Assembly (NCBI GenBank): GCA_019057475.1
Contig: DXJO01000003.1
Location: 1-15,061, forward strand
From: Candidatus Thorarchaeota archaeon
GTDB taxonomy: Archaea > Asgardarchaeota > Thorarchaeia > Thorarchaeales > Thorarchaeaceae
Direction: 5' to 3'
DNA length: 15,061 bases
Below are positions 7,881 to 15,061 of this stretch, one piece after another (within the stretch, counting starts at the first letter, position 1; every line of letters begins with the position of its first letter). The position numbers and the translations under genes were made by a program. The notes beneath the pieces are model-generated. The model did not search any database. It had not been told where the DNA came from and saw nothing but the letters and a program-made list of their open reading frames with translations.

Positions 7881-10205
7881 TTGGTTAAGAGAGCGTCCTT
7901 TGTCGATTTGCCGCTTGTCAAGAAGGATAGTATTGAGTATAGGTCATATCAGGTTAACATTGCGGAAATTGCTGAGAAAGAGAGCACGATGGTCGTGTTA
8001 AGCACCGGACTTGGCAAGACAGTAATTGCAGCTCTTATTGCTGCCAAACGCCTGAAACTCGATCAAGACAGCAAGGTTCTCTTCCTTGCGCCATCTCGAC
8101 CTCTTGTCGACCAACAGGCAAAGTTCCTCAGACGAGTCCTCGAGATTAGTGCTGATTTGATTGTGTGCATGACCGGGCAAGACTCACCAGAGGACAGGCG
8201 AACCATATGGGCTAACGCTCAAGTGATTGTGATGACGCCTCAGGCATTGCAGAATGACCTCGTGCGGAGAAGCTATGATCTGGCTGAAGTTTCATTGATT
8301 ATCTATGACGAGGCTCACCGCGGAGTCGGCAACTACGCATACACATTCATTGCCGAAATGTATGAGAAGCAGAGAGAGAACGCTCTGTCACTGGGAATAA
8401 CAGCATCCCCGGGACATCAAGCTGAGCATATCAAGACTGTATGTGACAACCTTCGCCTAGTCCATGTTGAGGTGAGGGATGATCAGAGTCCCGATGTACG
8501 TGACTACATTGTTTCAGTAGAGAGTGCCATCCGATATGTGACTCTTCCCCCCGAGATCGAAGTTCTGAGAGACATCCTCTACTCATTATTGAACGACTAT
8601 GTAGCTCCAGTCGTAAGCAATGGATTCTCGCTTCCTGACGGCCGTAGACTCAGCAAGAAGGAGATACTGAAGGTTCAGGGCGAAGTGCGTCGAGAGATTG
8701 GCTCTTACACCAAACCCCCTCGTCAGCTCTATTTGGTCATGCGCAACCTGACTGCATCGCTACGCATTGTGCATCTCCTAGAATTCATTGGTACACAAGG
8801 ACTAGCACCTACTCACAGGTACATCCAAGGGATGTACGAAGAAGTCCGCAACAAGAAGAGCTCTAAGGGTGTCAAAGACCTGATTTCGCGCCTTGAGTTC
8901 AAGCAGTTTGAGAACCTGCTGCAAGCAATGGTTGTGAAAGGATATCGCCATCCAAAGGCGGATGCAATGCTAGAGATAGTCAGCGAGCAGCTCTCTGTCA
9001 ATCTGGATTCGCGTATCTTGATATTCACGCGCTTTCGTGACACAGCAATCGAGGTCGTTGAAATACTGAGCCAACTAGATGATACTCGTGCTAGTCGGTT
9101 TGTGGGCCAGAGTACGAGAGGCTCAGACAAGGGACTCAGTCAAAAGAAACAGGTGGAAATCCTTGAGGGGTTCCGGAACAACGAGTTCAACGTCTTGGTT
9201 GCCACCCAAGTAGGAGAAGAGGGCCTAGATATTCCAGAGTGCAATCTTGTAGTCTTTTACGACTGCGTACCATCTGTCGTGCCGTACATTCAGCGGAAAG
9301 GAAGAACAGGACGTAGGGCTCCGGGGCGCGTAGTGATTTTCGTGGCAAAGGGAACACATGATGAATTCTATCATTGGAGTGTGATTAGGAAGTTGAAGAA
9401 GATGCCTGACGCCTTGAAAGAGGCAGAGAAGGAACCAGATGATAAGCAGACTAGCTTGGATGAGTTTGCCAACGAAGCCGGCGAGAAGCCGAGCATTCCC
9501 AGCACAGGGGCCGCTCGCGTGTCCAAGAAAGACGATACGATACGGCTCATTGTGGACTCTAGAGAGCTTCCTACAGGTGTGGCTCGGGAGCTTACACGTC
9601 TAAACGTTGAGATTTCAGATGAAAGCTTGAAGATTGGGGATTACATAGTTTCAGAGGACGTGGCTGTGGAACGGAAGGAGATGGGAGATTTCATCCAGTC
9701 AATGATCGATGGACGTCTCTTCGACCAGCTGGTGGCGCTCCGCTCAGCCTATCGTAGGCCGGTGCTTATCATGGAGGGAGAGCAGCTCATTGGCTTGAGA
9801 GCAGTCAATCCAGCTGCAATCTATGGCGCGCTGGCATCCATCGCAATTAGGGTTCAGGTGCCGATTATCTGGACACGGAATGCTGAAGAAACTGCAATTG
9901 TTCTCTATCGCATGGCGCACCTTGAGCAGATAGGCGCAAAGAAGATTCTCAGAACAAGATCCGGAGAAACAATGGGAACGGATGCTAAGGCACTGGAGTA
10001 CATACTGTCAGGATTCCCAGGGGTTGACACAGTCATCTCGCGTGCAATTCTTGCAGAGTTCGGGACCTTAGACAAGGTCTTTTCTGCAGAAGGGAAAAAT
10101 CTCCAAAGAGTCAGTGGAGTAGGGAAAAAGATCGCATCTAGGATTCGAAGGCTGCTTACAACCAAGCATCCAGATTACAGTGAGAACAGTGAAGAGGATT
10201 CTTGA
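7881..10205 (+). CDS. hef: Hef (FANCM/XPF-like) SF2 helicase - ERCC4 nuclease - HhH2; probable start TTG 7881 (ORF is open from 7839)
   Basis: STGLGKT, DEAHR, TASPG and QRKGRTGR helicase motifs; VDSRE..GDY..VERKEMGDF nuclease motif; two HhH motifs (FPGVD, VSGVGKK). GTGAGG precedes TTG 7881. Confidence 0.93.
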   Translation: MVKRASFVDLPLVKKDSIEYRSYQVNIAEIAEKESTMVVLSTGLGKTVIAALIAAKRLKLDQDSKVLFLAPSRPLVDQQAKFLRRVLEISADLIVCMTGQDSPEDRRTIWANAQVIVMTPQALQNDLVRRSYDLAEVSLIIYDEAHRGVGNYAYTFIAEMYEKQRENALSLGITASPGHQAEHIKTVCDNLRLVHVEVRDDQSPDVRDYIVSVESAIRYVTLPPEIEVLRDILYSLLNDYVAPVVSNGFSLPDGRRLSKKEILKVQGEVRREIGSYTKPPRQLYLVMRNLTASLRIVHLLEFIGTQGLAPTHRYIQGMYEEVRNKKSSKGVKDLISRLEFKQFENLLQAMVVKGYRHPKADAMLEIVSEQLSVNLDSRILIFTRFRDTAIEVVEILSQLDDTRASRFVGQSTRGSDKGLSQKKQVEILEGFRNNEFNVLVATQVGEEGLDIPECNLVVFYDCVPSVVPYIQRKGRTGRRAPGRVVIFVAKGTHDEFYHWSVIRKLKKMPDALKEAEKEPDDKQTSLDEFANEAGEKPSIPSTGAARVSKKDDTIRLIVDSRELPTGVARELTRLNVEISDESLKIGDYIVSEDVAVERKEMGDFIQSMIDGRLFDQLVALRSAYRRPVLIMEGEQLIGLRAVNPAAIYGALASIAIRVQVPIIWTRNAEETAIVLYRMAHLEQIGAKKILRTRSGETMGTDAKALEYILSGFPGVDTVISRAILAEFGTLDKVFSAEGKNLQRVSGVGKKIASRIRRLLTTKHPDYSENSEEDS

Positions 10206-10210
10206 CTGCT

Positions 10211-10879
10211 CTAGTATACTTCCGGATTCTTTCCAACGCCCTTGCTGTACGCCTCTCTGAGCTTGTCTGTGACGCTCCGGTTCAATTCCCAGTATCTCTT
10301 ATAGTCGCCATCTTCGAGCTGAACGACACTTAGGATTCTATACATCCTTGCATAGACTGCTGGGTCAATCTCAGCGACCTCTTTGAGTGTCTTCTTCGCT
10401 CCTTCGCTGCCCTTGTTTGCAAGGTGATCGCGCTCAGTGAAGTCATCAGCGAGCTGTTGAGTGTTATCATCATTGGGTAAGTCAAACCCCAGGTTCTTCA
10501 TGACTCCGACAATATCGAGTAACCGGTCCATATCGAGGGGGTGCCGCTCCGGGAGATTGTTCATATCCCCAGTGGCAATGAAGATATTCTCTGCAGTTGC
10601 CCTCCAGAGCTTCTTCATGATGTGCGTACTGCCGTTACCAACCGGTTCGTGGCCGTCTTGCTCGATGAGCCCAGCCTTCTCCAATTCCTTCAGGTGATAA
10701 CGGACAGTCTGAGGCTTGAGTTCCTTCTGGTTCTCTTGCCGCTCTAAGAAATCGCATAGTTCGGAAGTAGACATCCGCTTTGCTCTGAGTGCATGGAGAA
10801 TCTGTCGACGGCTCTCTTCATTGAGCGCGTGAACAGCGTCCACTGCTTCCTGACCAGTCAGGATTTTCAGAGTGTCCAG
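10211..10879 (-). CDS. ArsR-like winged-helix transcriptional regulator with C-terminal helical domain; probable CTG start at 10879 (ORF track uses GTG 10843)
   Basis: ALNEESRRQILHAL..MSTSEL..PQTVRYHLKELEKAGLIE. GGAGG at 10892-10888 lies 8 nt before an in-frame CTG. Confidence 0.8.
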   Translation of the reverse strand: MDTLKILTGQEAVDAVHALNEESRRQILHALRAKRMSTSELCDFLERQENQKELKPQTVRYHLKELEKAGLIEQDGHEPVGNGSTHIMKKLWRATAENIFIATGDMNNLPERHPLDMDRLLDIVGVMKNLGFDLPNDDNTQQLADDFTERDHLANKGSEGAKKTLKEVAEIDPAVYARMYRILSVVQLEDGDYKRYWELNRSVTDKLREAYSKGVGKNPEVY

Positions 10880-10887
10880 TTTGCGTT

Positions 10888-10928
10888 CCTCCGAGATAGA
10901 TAGTATACTGGCTCCTAGTACTATAAGG
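10888..10928 (-). promoter_or_regulatory. Promoter, palindromes and RBS of the ArsR-like gene
   Basis: CTTATAG TATA-like at 10927-10921; palindromes TAGTACTA (10916-10923) and AGTATACT (10902-10909); GGAGG at 10892-10888. Confidence 0.55.
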
Positions 10929-10930
10929 AT

Positions 10931-11008
10931 TCAGAAATGTCCCTTTTCGAGGGGATGCTTCACCGCCGCCAATGGCCTAATAGCCTCCGGCGGTGGTCTG
11001 ATGTTTCT
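10931..11008. other. Structured non-coding element: two hairpins closed by a short stem (candidate ncRNA or 3'UTR element)
   Basis: TGTCCCTT-TTCG-AGGGGATG (10938-10957); CACCGCCG/CGGCGGTG (10961-10968 with 10988-10995) with inner GGC/GCC; closing stem TCAGA/TCTGA (10931-10935 with 10997-11001). Confidence 0.5.
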
Positions 11009-11033
11009 CAAGTTCGTGCGTTGTTGTTGCCTT

Positions 11034-11279
11034 CTATACGGGGACGTAAATCCACTGGCGCATATCTTGCAGACATGGCACTCGCTTGATCAACTGCTTC
11101 TTCAAAAGTTTCCTAAGTGCGTAACGGACGGTTCTAGGGGCAAAAGACACTTTGTCCAAGAGCTGCTTGGGTGTCACACCATTTCTCCCACTGCTTCGCA
11201 AAATATCGAGGACAATCATTTGGCTCTTAGTGAGCTTCATTCCTTTCAGTTCCTCGGCGAGTTGTTCATTTGTCATCAA
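11034..11279 (-). CDS. Small basic winged-helix DNA-binding protein (archaeal MarR-like family); start TTG 11279 or ATG 11276
   Basis: LTKSQMIVLDIL..TPKQL..PRTVRYALRKL....LIKR....DMRQWIY matches the archaeal 'RTVRYAL...DARQ..Y' wHTH pattern. Strong SD AGGTGA at 11292-11287. Confidence 0.85.
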   Translation of the reverse strand: MMTNEQLAEELKGMKLTKSQMIVLDILRSSGRNGVTPKQLLDKVSFAPRTVRYALRKLLKKQLIKRVPCLQDMRQWIYVPV

Positions 11280-11309
11280 TTGTTGTTCACCTACTTATCC
11301 AAGTTAACG

Positions 11310-11327
11310 ATTGTAAAATATTACAAT
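11310..11327. promoter_or_regulatory. Palindromic operator ATTGTAA-N4-TTACAAT
   Basis: Perfect 7-bp inverted repeat lying between the TATA-like box (11352-11360) and the wHTH start, near the expected transcription start. Confidence 0.6.
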
Positions 11328-11351
11328 ACAATTACTTTTGCCGCAATCAGC

Positions 11352-11360
11352 TATATTAAT
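11352..11360 (-). promoter_or_regulatory. TATA box of the small wHTH gene (possibly bidirectional)
   Basis: Reads ATTAATATA on the minus strand and TATATTAAT on the plus strand. Confidence 0.55.
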
Positions 11361-11492
11361 GTATCGCAGTGTGGAGTTTTGTATCGCGGGCCCTCCCCGC
11401 GGTAAATTCTTGGCTCGCGGGGTGCTATCGACTTGCTGTCATCGAGATAGATGATGTGAGTTGATGAGAGCGTGCGCCGCATATATCTGTGG

Positions 11493-11505
11493 CAAACTCT
11501 TTAAT
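11493..11505 (+). promoter_or_regulatory. BRE/TATA-like promoter for a probably leaderless glmU-like transcript
   Basis: AAACTC-TTTAAT ends 30 nt before ATG 11536, which has no SD. Confidence 0.45.
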
Positions 11506-11535
11506 GACGCAGACAGACTCCACCATCGAGCAACG

Positions 11536-12816
11536 ATGAAGAAGGCCGCTCTACTTGCAGCAGGCGATTCCACACGGATGATGCCACTCTCAGCAAATAT
11601 CTCCAAGCACTTATTGCCAGTTGCGGGAGAACCATTGATCTTTCATAACCTTAAGGCGCTTCGCGATGCCGGCATTAAGGAAACCCTGATTGTCTACGGC
11701 TACCGAGGGGAGGACCTCCAAGATGCCATAGACTCTGTGGACTGGAAACCGATGCGTATCTCGTGCATCCTGCAGAAAGAAAGGAAAGGCACAGCGGATG
11801 CAGCGCGGTATGCATTAGAATTTGCGCTGGATGATGATATCATACTGATGTACGGCGACGTATTGAGCGGGCCCGGCACTTTCAAAGGGCTGGTAGAACG
11901 CCACAGAAGAAGTAAGCGAAGTCTTACCATGACAGTCAAGCCAGTTGATGACCCCTCTGCCTATGGCGTTGTTGTCGTGAAGAGGGGGAAGGCAGTCGAC
12001 CTGATTGAGAAACCAAAGCCGGAGCAGATGGTGAGCAATCTGGTCAATGCAGGGATTTATGCCGCGGGGCCCGAGATTTGGGATGCGATAGATAAGACTC
12101 AGCCCTCGAGTCGAGGAGAACTTGAGATAACAGACTCGATTAAGATGTTGATTGAGCAGGGGAAGGTAGGCGCGTATGAGATTCCGTCGTGGTGGATTGA
12201 TATTGGCAAGCCTTGGGACCTGCTTGAAGCAAACAAGTTGATTCTGAATGATGCGACTGGGTTCATCTCAGGGAAGGTTGAGGAGGGAGCTGTACTAAAG
12301 GGAGAGGTCTTTGTTGAAAAAGGGGCCACCATTAGAAGCGGAGCTTACATTGAAGGCCCTGTCTACATAGGTAAGGGTTCAACCATCGGACCGAATTGCT
12401 ACCTACGTGCACACACTTCAGTGGGCAAACAAGTCAAGATTGGAAACGCGGTCGAGATTAAGAATAGCATAATTATGGATGGCACCAATGTTGGTCACCT
12501 CTCGTATGTGGGCGATTCGGTGATAGGTCGCAAGGTGAATTTCGGTGCAGGAACAATAACGGCGAATCTAAGACACGACAACAAGACTGTGAAAGTTTCT
12601 ATAAAGGGTAAGAGGATTGATTCGAAACGTCGAAAGATGGGTGCAATCATTGGTGACAACGTCAAGACAGGGATAGGTACGCTGATTGCACCGGGGATTG
12701 TTTTACATCAAGGGTCGCGCACAGGAGTGGGCGTTATTGTGGACAAGGATGTTGAACCAGATAAGCTTGTGCTGACCGACCAACCCAGAACGGTAGTTGA
12801 CGTGCGTCAGGAATGA
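11536..12816 (+). CDS. glmU: Archaeal bifunctional sugar-1-phosphate nucleotidyltransferase/acetyltransferase (GlmU-like); start reassigned to ATG 11536
   Basis: MKKAALLAAGDSTRMMPL..K.LLPVAG, GTADA, YGD, EKP, NAGIY, RGELEITD, WIDIGKPWDLL; LbH domain with GHLSYVGDSVIG..NFGAGTITANLRHD. Confidence 0.85.
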   Translation: MKKAALLAAGDSTRMMPLSANISKHLLPVAGEPLIFHNLKALRDAGIKETLIVYGYRGEDLQDAIDSVDWKPMRISCILQKERKGTADAARYALEFALDDDIILMYGDVLSGPGTFKGLVERHRRSKRSLTMTVKPVDDPSAYGVVVVKRGKAVDLIEKPKPEQMVSNLVNAGIYAAGPEIWDAIDKTQPSSRGELEITDSIKMLIEQGKVGAYEIPSWWIDIGKPWDLLEANKLILNDATGFISGKVEEGAVLKGEVFVEKGATIRSGAYIEGPVYIGKGSTIGPNCYLRAHTSVGKQVKIGNAVEIKNSIIMDGTNVGHLSYVGDSVIGRKVNFGAGTITANLRHDNKTVKVSIKGKRIDSKRRKMGAIIGDNVKTGIGTLIAPGIVLHQGSRTGVGVIVDKDVEPDKLVLTDQPRTVVDVRQE

Positions 12817-12826
12817 GGGGAAAACT

Positions 12827-14365
12827 GTGCCCACAGCCCGTATAAGGGAGTTCAATGCGGTCATAAAGGACATCAGGAAAGTGGACGTTCTCTTTGGTTA
12901 CTGTTATCCGTCAACATACAGGGTGGGGATGACTGGACTTGCCACTCACATATTCTACTCGATGTTGAACGCCCGTGAAGATACGTCTTGCGAGCGCTAC
13001 TTCAGGTACGATGTTCCCTCACCGGGTCATTCAGTAGAAACCGCACGCCCTCTACATGATAATCACATTGTTGGCTTTTCTCTCACCTACGAGGAAAACA
13101 TTCTTGGTATGATTCAGATGCTTGACTTTGGAGGTGTTCCCGTCCTAGCGAGGGATAGAGAGGATAAACACCCCATCGTGCTCGCGGGAGGACCTGTTGT
13201 CAATTCGAATCCTGAGCCTTACGTTGACTTCGTAGATGCCTTCGTCATTGGTGAGGGGGACCTTGTACTACATGACATAATCGATATCGTACGGGAATCT
13301 ATCTCAAGGGAGGGTGCTTTGGAGAAGATTGCTCTTCTGAAAGGCATCTACGTTCCAGCTGCTAATCCTTCTTCTGTGACTAGGCTCATAATGAAGGATA
13401 TTGATTCAGTCTTTCATCCGACTGCGCAGATCGTTCCAGACGTCCCCGTTGGCGCCAAACTTGAACCTGTATTCGGCAAATCCTTTCTTCTGGAAGTGGC
13501 ACGGGGATGCGGTCACTCATGCAAGTTCTGCCTAGTCGGCCACATCTGTCAGCCCAGAAGAGTCAGAAGCATTGGTCGTTTGAAGGAGATTATCGAGATT
13601 GGGCTGCAGGAAACTCCGGTGCGTAAGATCGCTCTGATAGCATCCTCTATTGGCGATCTCAAGGAGCTGGAGGACCTTGCCGACTGGATTGTAACGCAGG
13701 ACCTCCAGATATCAGCTCCATCATTAAGAGCGGATATCGTCACCGAAGGTTTGCTGGCATCTTTGGTCGCCGGTGGACAGCGAACACTCACAATTGCTCC
13801 TGAAACAGGGTCGGAGAGCTTGCGGTCTGCCATGGGCAAGGGACTGAGTGATGATGCTATTGAGAATGCTGTGAGTCTGGCGGCGCAAGCGGGCTACAAG
13901 GCGATTAAGCTCTACTTTATTGTAGGTCTGCCTGGAGAGACCGATGAGGATGTAGAAGCAATTCCAGAGATGGTGAAACGCCTGTCCAGCGGAAGACGTT
14001 TGCGCATCTCAGTAGGTATCAACCCGTTTATACCGAAAGCCCAAACGCGACTTCAACGCAATGCGCAACCCCCCATAGAGGTAATTCGTTACAAGATTAG
14101 AACAGTTGAGAGGGATTTGCGAAATGTTCCCCGCGTAAATGTGGAGTCACTTGATCCGAGAAACGCACGCATTCAGGCTGCACTGTCACTGGGAGATAGG
14201 TCCATCGGGAAAGTTATTCGCAGAGCTGCGTCGTATGATGGACTCAGCGGGTGGAGACGCGCCGAGAAGGAGACAAACATCCCATTCTTCTCATTGGCGA
14301 ATGATGTTCAGCGTCTTCAAGGAACTCTTCCGTGGTCAATAATAAAAAAAGCAAAGATAGCGTAG
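12827..14365 (+). CDS. Radical SAM protein with an N-terminal B12-binding-like domain (COG1032-type), function unknown; probable GTG start 12827
   Basis: YPSTYRVGM, GGP..NPEP..DAFVIGEGD, RGCGHSCKFC (CxxxCxxC), SLRAD, APETGS, YFIVGLPGET, PFIPK. GAGGGG SD lies 6 nt before the GTG. Confidence 0.88.
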   Translation: MPTARIREFNAVIKDIRKVDVLFGYCYPSTYRVGMTGLATHIFYSMLNAREDTSCERYFRYDVPSPGHSVETARPLHDNHIVGFSLTYEENILGMIQMLDFGGVPVLARDREDKHPIVLAGGPVVNSNPEPYVDFVDAFVIGEGDLVLHDIIDIVRESISREGALEKIALLKGIYVPAANPSSVTRLIMKDIDSVFHPTAQIVPDVPVGAKLEPVFGKSFLLEVARGCGHSCKFCLVGHICQPRRVRSIGRLKEIIEIGLQETPVRKIALIASSIGDLKELEDLADWIVTQDLQISAPSLRADIVTEGLLASLVAGGQRTLTIAPETGSESLRSAMGKGLSDDAIENAVSLAAQAGYKAIKLYFIVGLPGETDEDVEAIPEMVKRLSSGRRLRISVGINPFIPKAQTRLQRNAQPPIEVIRYKIRTVERDLRNVPRVNVESLDPRNARIQAALSLGDRSIGKVIRRAASYDGLSGWRRAEKETNIPFFSLANDVQRLQGTLPWSIIKKAKIA

Positions 14366-14495
14366 TAAGTAGCTGGTGCAAAGATGGACTTACAATGATG
14401 GATATCCCTCAAGCTAAGGTCTATAAGGCGTTTTTCGAACTCATCTATGGAATGCACCGTTTTTGATAGCGGGATTGGCAAATTGGTGAATATCA

Positions 14496-14831
14496 ATGCC
14501 TGATGATGATAAGTTCCGAACCGCATATCCTGCACTAAACAAGGAACTGGAATCAGGAATTGCGAAGGTTGGAATCGACGGGGTCCGCACAATGTCAGAG
14601 AAAACTGATACTCCTTCTACTGAGAGATTTCTGCCAGATGTAGTGGACTACATACGGCGATGCGATACAATGGATCAGGCAGTTGAGATTATCAACTACA
14701 TGCTGAAACGTGGCGAAATCAATACAAAGCAAGCGCGAGAATTCAAGTCGCAACTAAAGGCAAATGGCCTTAGAAGTTTCGGAACTAAGAAGGAAACGGA
14801 CCATTATCTGCATTTTGGACTCAGTGAGTGA
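14496..14831 (+). CDS. DUF2095-like conserved archaeal protein
   Basis: F...YPALNKELE, PDVVDYIRRCDT..QAVEIINYMLKRGEI and GLRSFG.KKE..HY. SD GGTGA at 14485-14489. Confidence 0.8.
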   Translation: MPDDDKFRTAYPALNKELESGIAKVGIDGVRTMSEKTDTPSTERFLPDVVDYIRRCDTMDQAVEIINYMLKRGEINTKQAREFKSQLKANGLRSFGTKKETDHYLHFGLSE

Positions 14832-15061
14832 TTTACGTTTCTTCTGAGTAGTTTAGTAGCACCACATGAACTCCTGAGTACAATTTGATGATACTTGTTT
14901 CATGCCATTCAGAACTCTCTCGTGGGGTGTGTAACAGCTGCAGAAAACCTGTACAAAGCTGGACATCTCTTAAACGAATAGCGAATCGAAGATCCTTTTT
15001 TGTAGGTGTTAATATACTCCAGAGAGGGACCTGTACATGTAGTGTCAGTCCAGGACGAGAA

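Noticed and set aside
10931-11008. Hammerhead ribozyme reading (GAAA..stem..stem..CUGAUG in permuted order)
   Set aside because: The core reads CUGAUGU rather than CUGAnGA, the A15.1-U16.1 pair is missing (C at 10958), and there is no stem II.
10931-11033. SECIS element or tRNA
   Set aside because: No AUGA/GA quartet or cloverleaf with a T-loop, and no in-frame TGA at a Cys position in the neighbouring genes.
10872-11405. 177-aa + strand ORF
   Set aside because: Antisense shadow of the wHTH gene that runs through promoters and hairpins, with no recognisable motifs.
11450-11468. C-box-like TGATG/TGATGA words upstream of glmU
   Set aside because: No downstream CTGA D box at guide-RNA spacing.
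455-14592. Other short ORFs in the track nested in or antisense to the main genes (e.g. 2472-2840, 4567-4905, 6562-6894, 8813-9130, 14317-14592)
   Set aside because: They overlap well-supported CDSs and show no family motifs; typical shadow ORFs.
14824-14880. C/D-box sRNA suggested by two CTGA boxes within the repeat CTYCTGAGTA (14841 and 14871)
   Set aside because: No acceptable RUGAUGA C or C' box in the correct register.
14947-15037. 9-bp direct repeat ACCTGTACA (14947 and 15029)
   Set aside because: Only two short copies, with no array or inverted termini; not CRISPR- or IS-like.
14833-15060. Stop-free minus-strand frame of 76 codons entering from the right edge (..VHVVLLNYSEET*)
   Set aside because: It could be the 3' end of a convergent gene, but no motif is recognisable and a second minus frame is also open for about 50 codons; undecidable without flanking sequence.

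Overview
Gene-dense archaeal chromosomal segment. Archaeal origin rests on a Hef helicase-nuclease, an archaeal-type GlmU, a tungsten-family AOR, a DUF2095-like protein, a PAPS-reductase/PUA fusion, TATA boxes and GGTGA/GGAGG ribosome-binding sites; an Asgard (Thorarchaeia-like) source is my impression only. There are 12 complete CDSs: a membrane-anchored left-handed beta-helix acyltransferase and a polysaccharide deacetylase (+); a convergent operon deoC - AOR - PAPS-reductase/PUA/ferredoxin protein (-); a PRC-barrel protein (-) divergent from Hef (+); an ArsR-like regulator and a small basic winged-helix protein (-); then GlmU-like, radical SAM and DUF2095-like genes (+). I found no tRNA, rRNA, CRISPR array or mobile element. 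Most interesting: (1) DeoC carries a 54-aa CxxC-x21-CxxC tail and lies directly upstream of AOR, suggesting a coupled deoxyribose -> acetaldehyde -> acetate module; (2) the small wHTH gene has a palindromic operator, flanking 8-bp direct repeats and a GC-rich multi-hairpin element just downstream; (3) the ArsR-like gene probably starts at CTG. All family calls come from motif recognition, not database searches.
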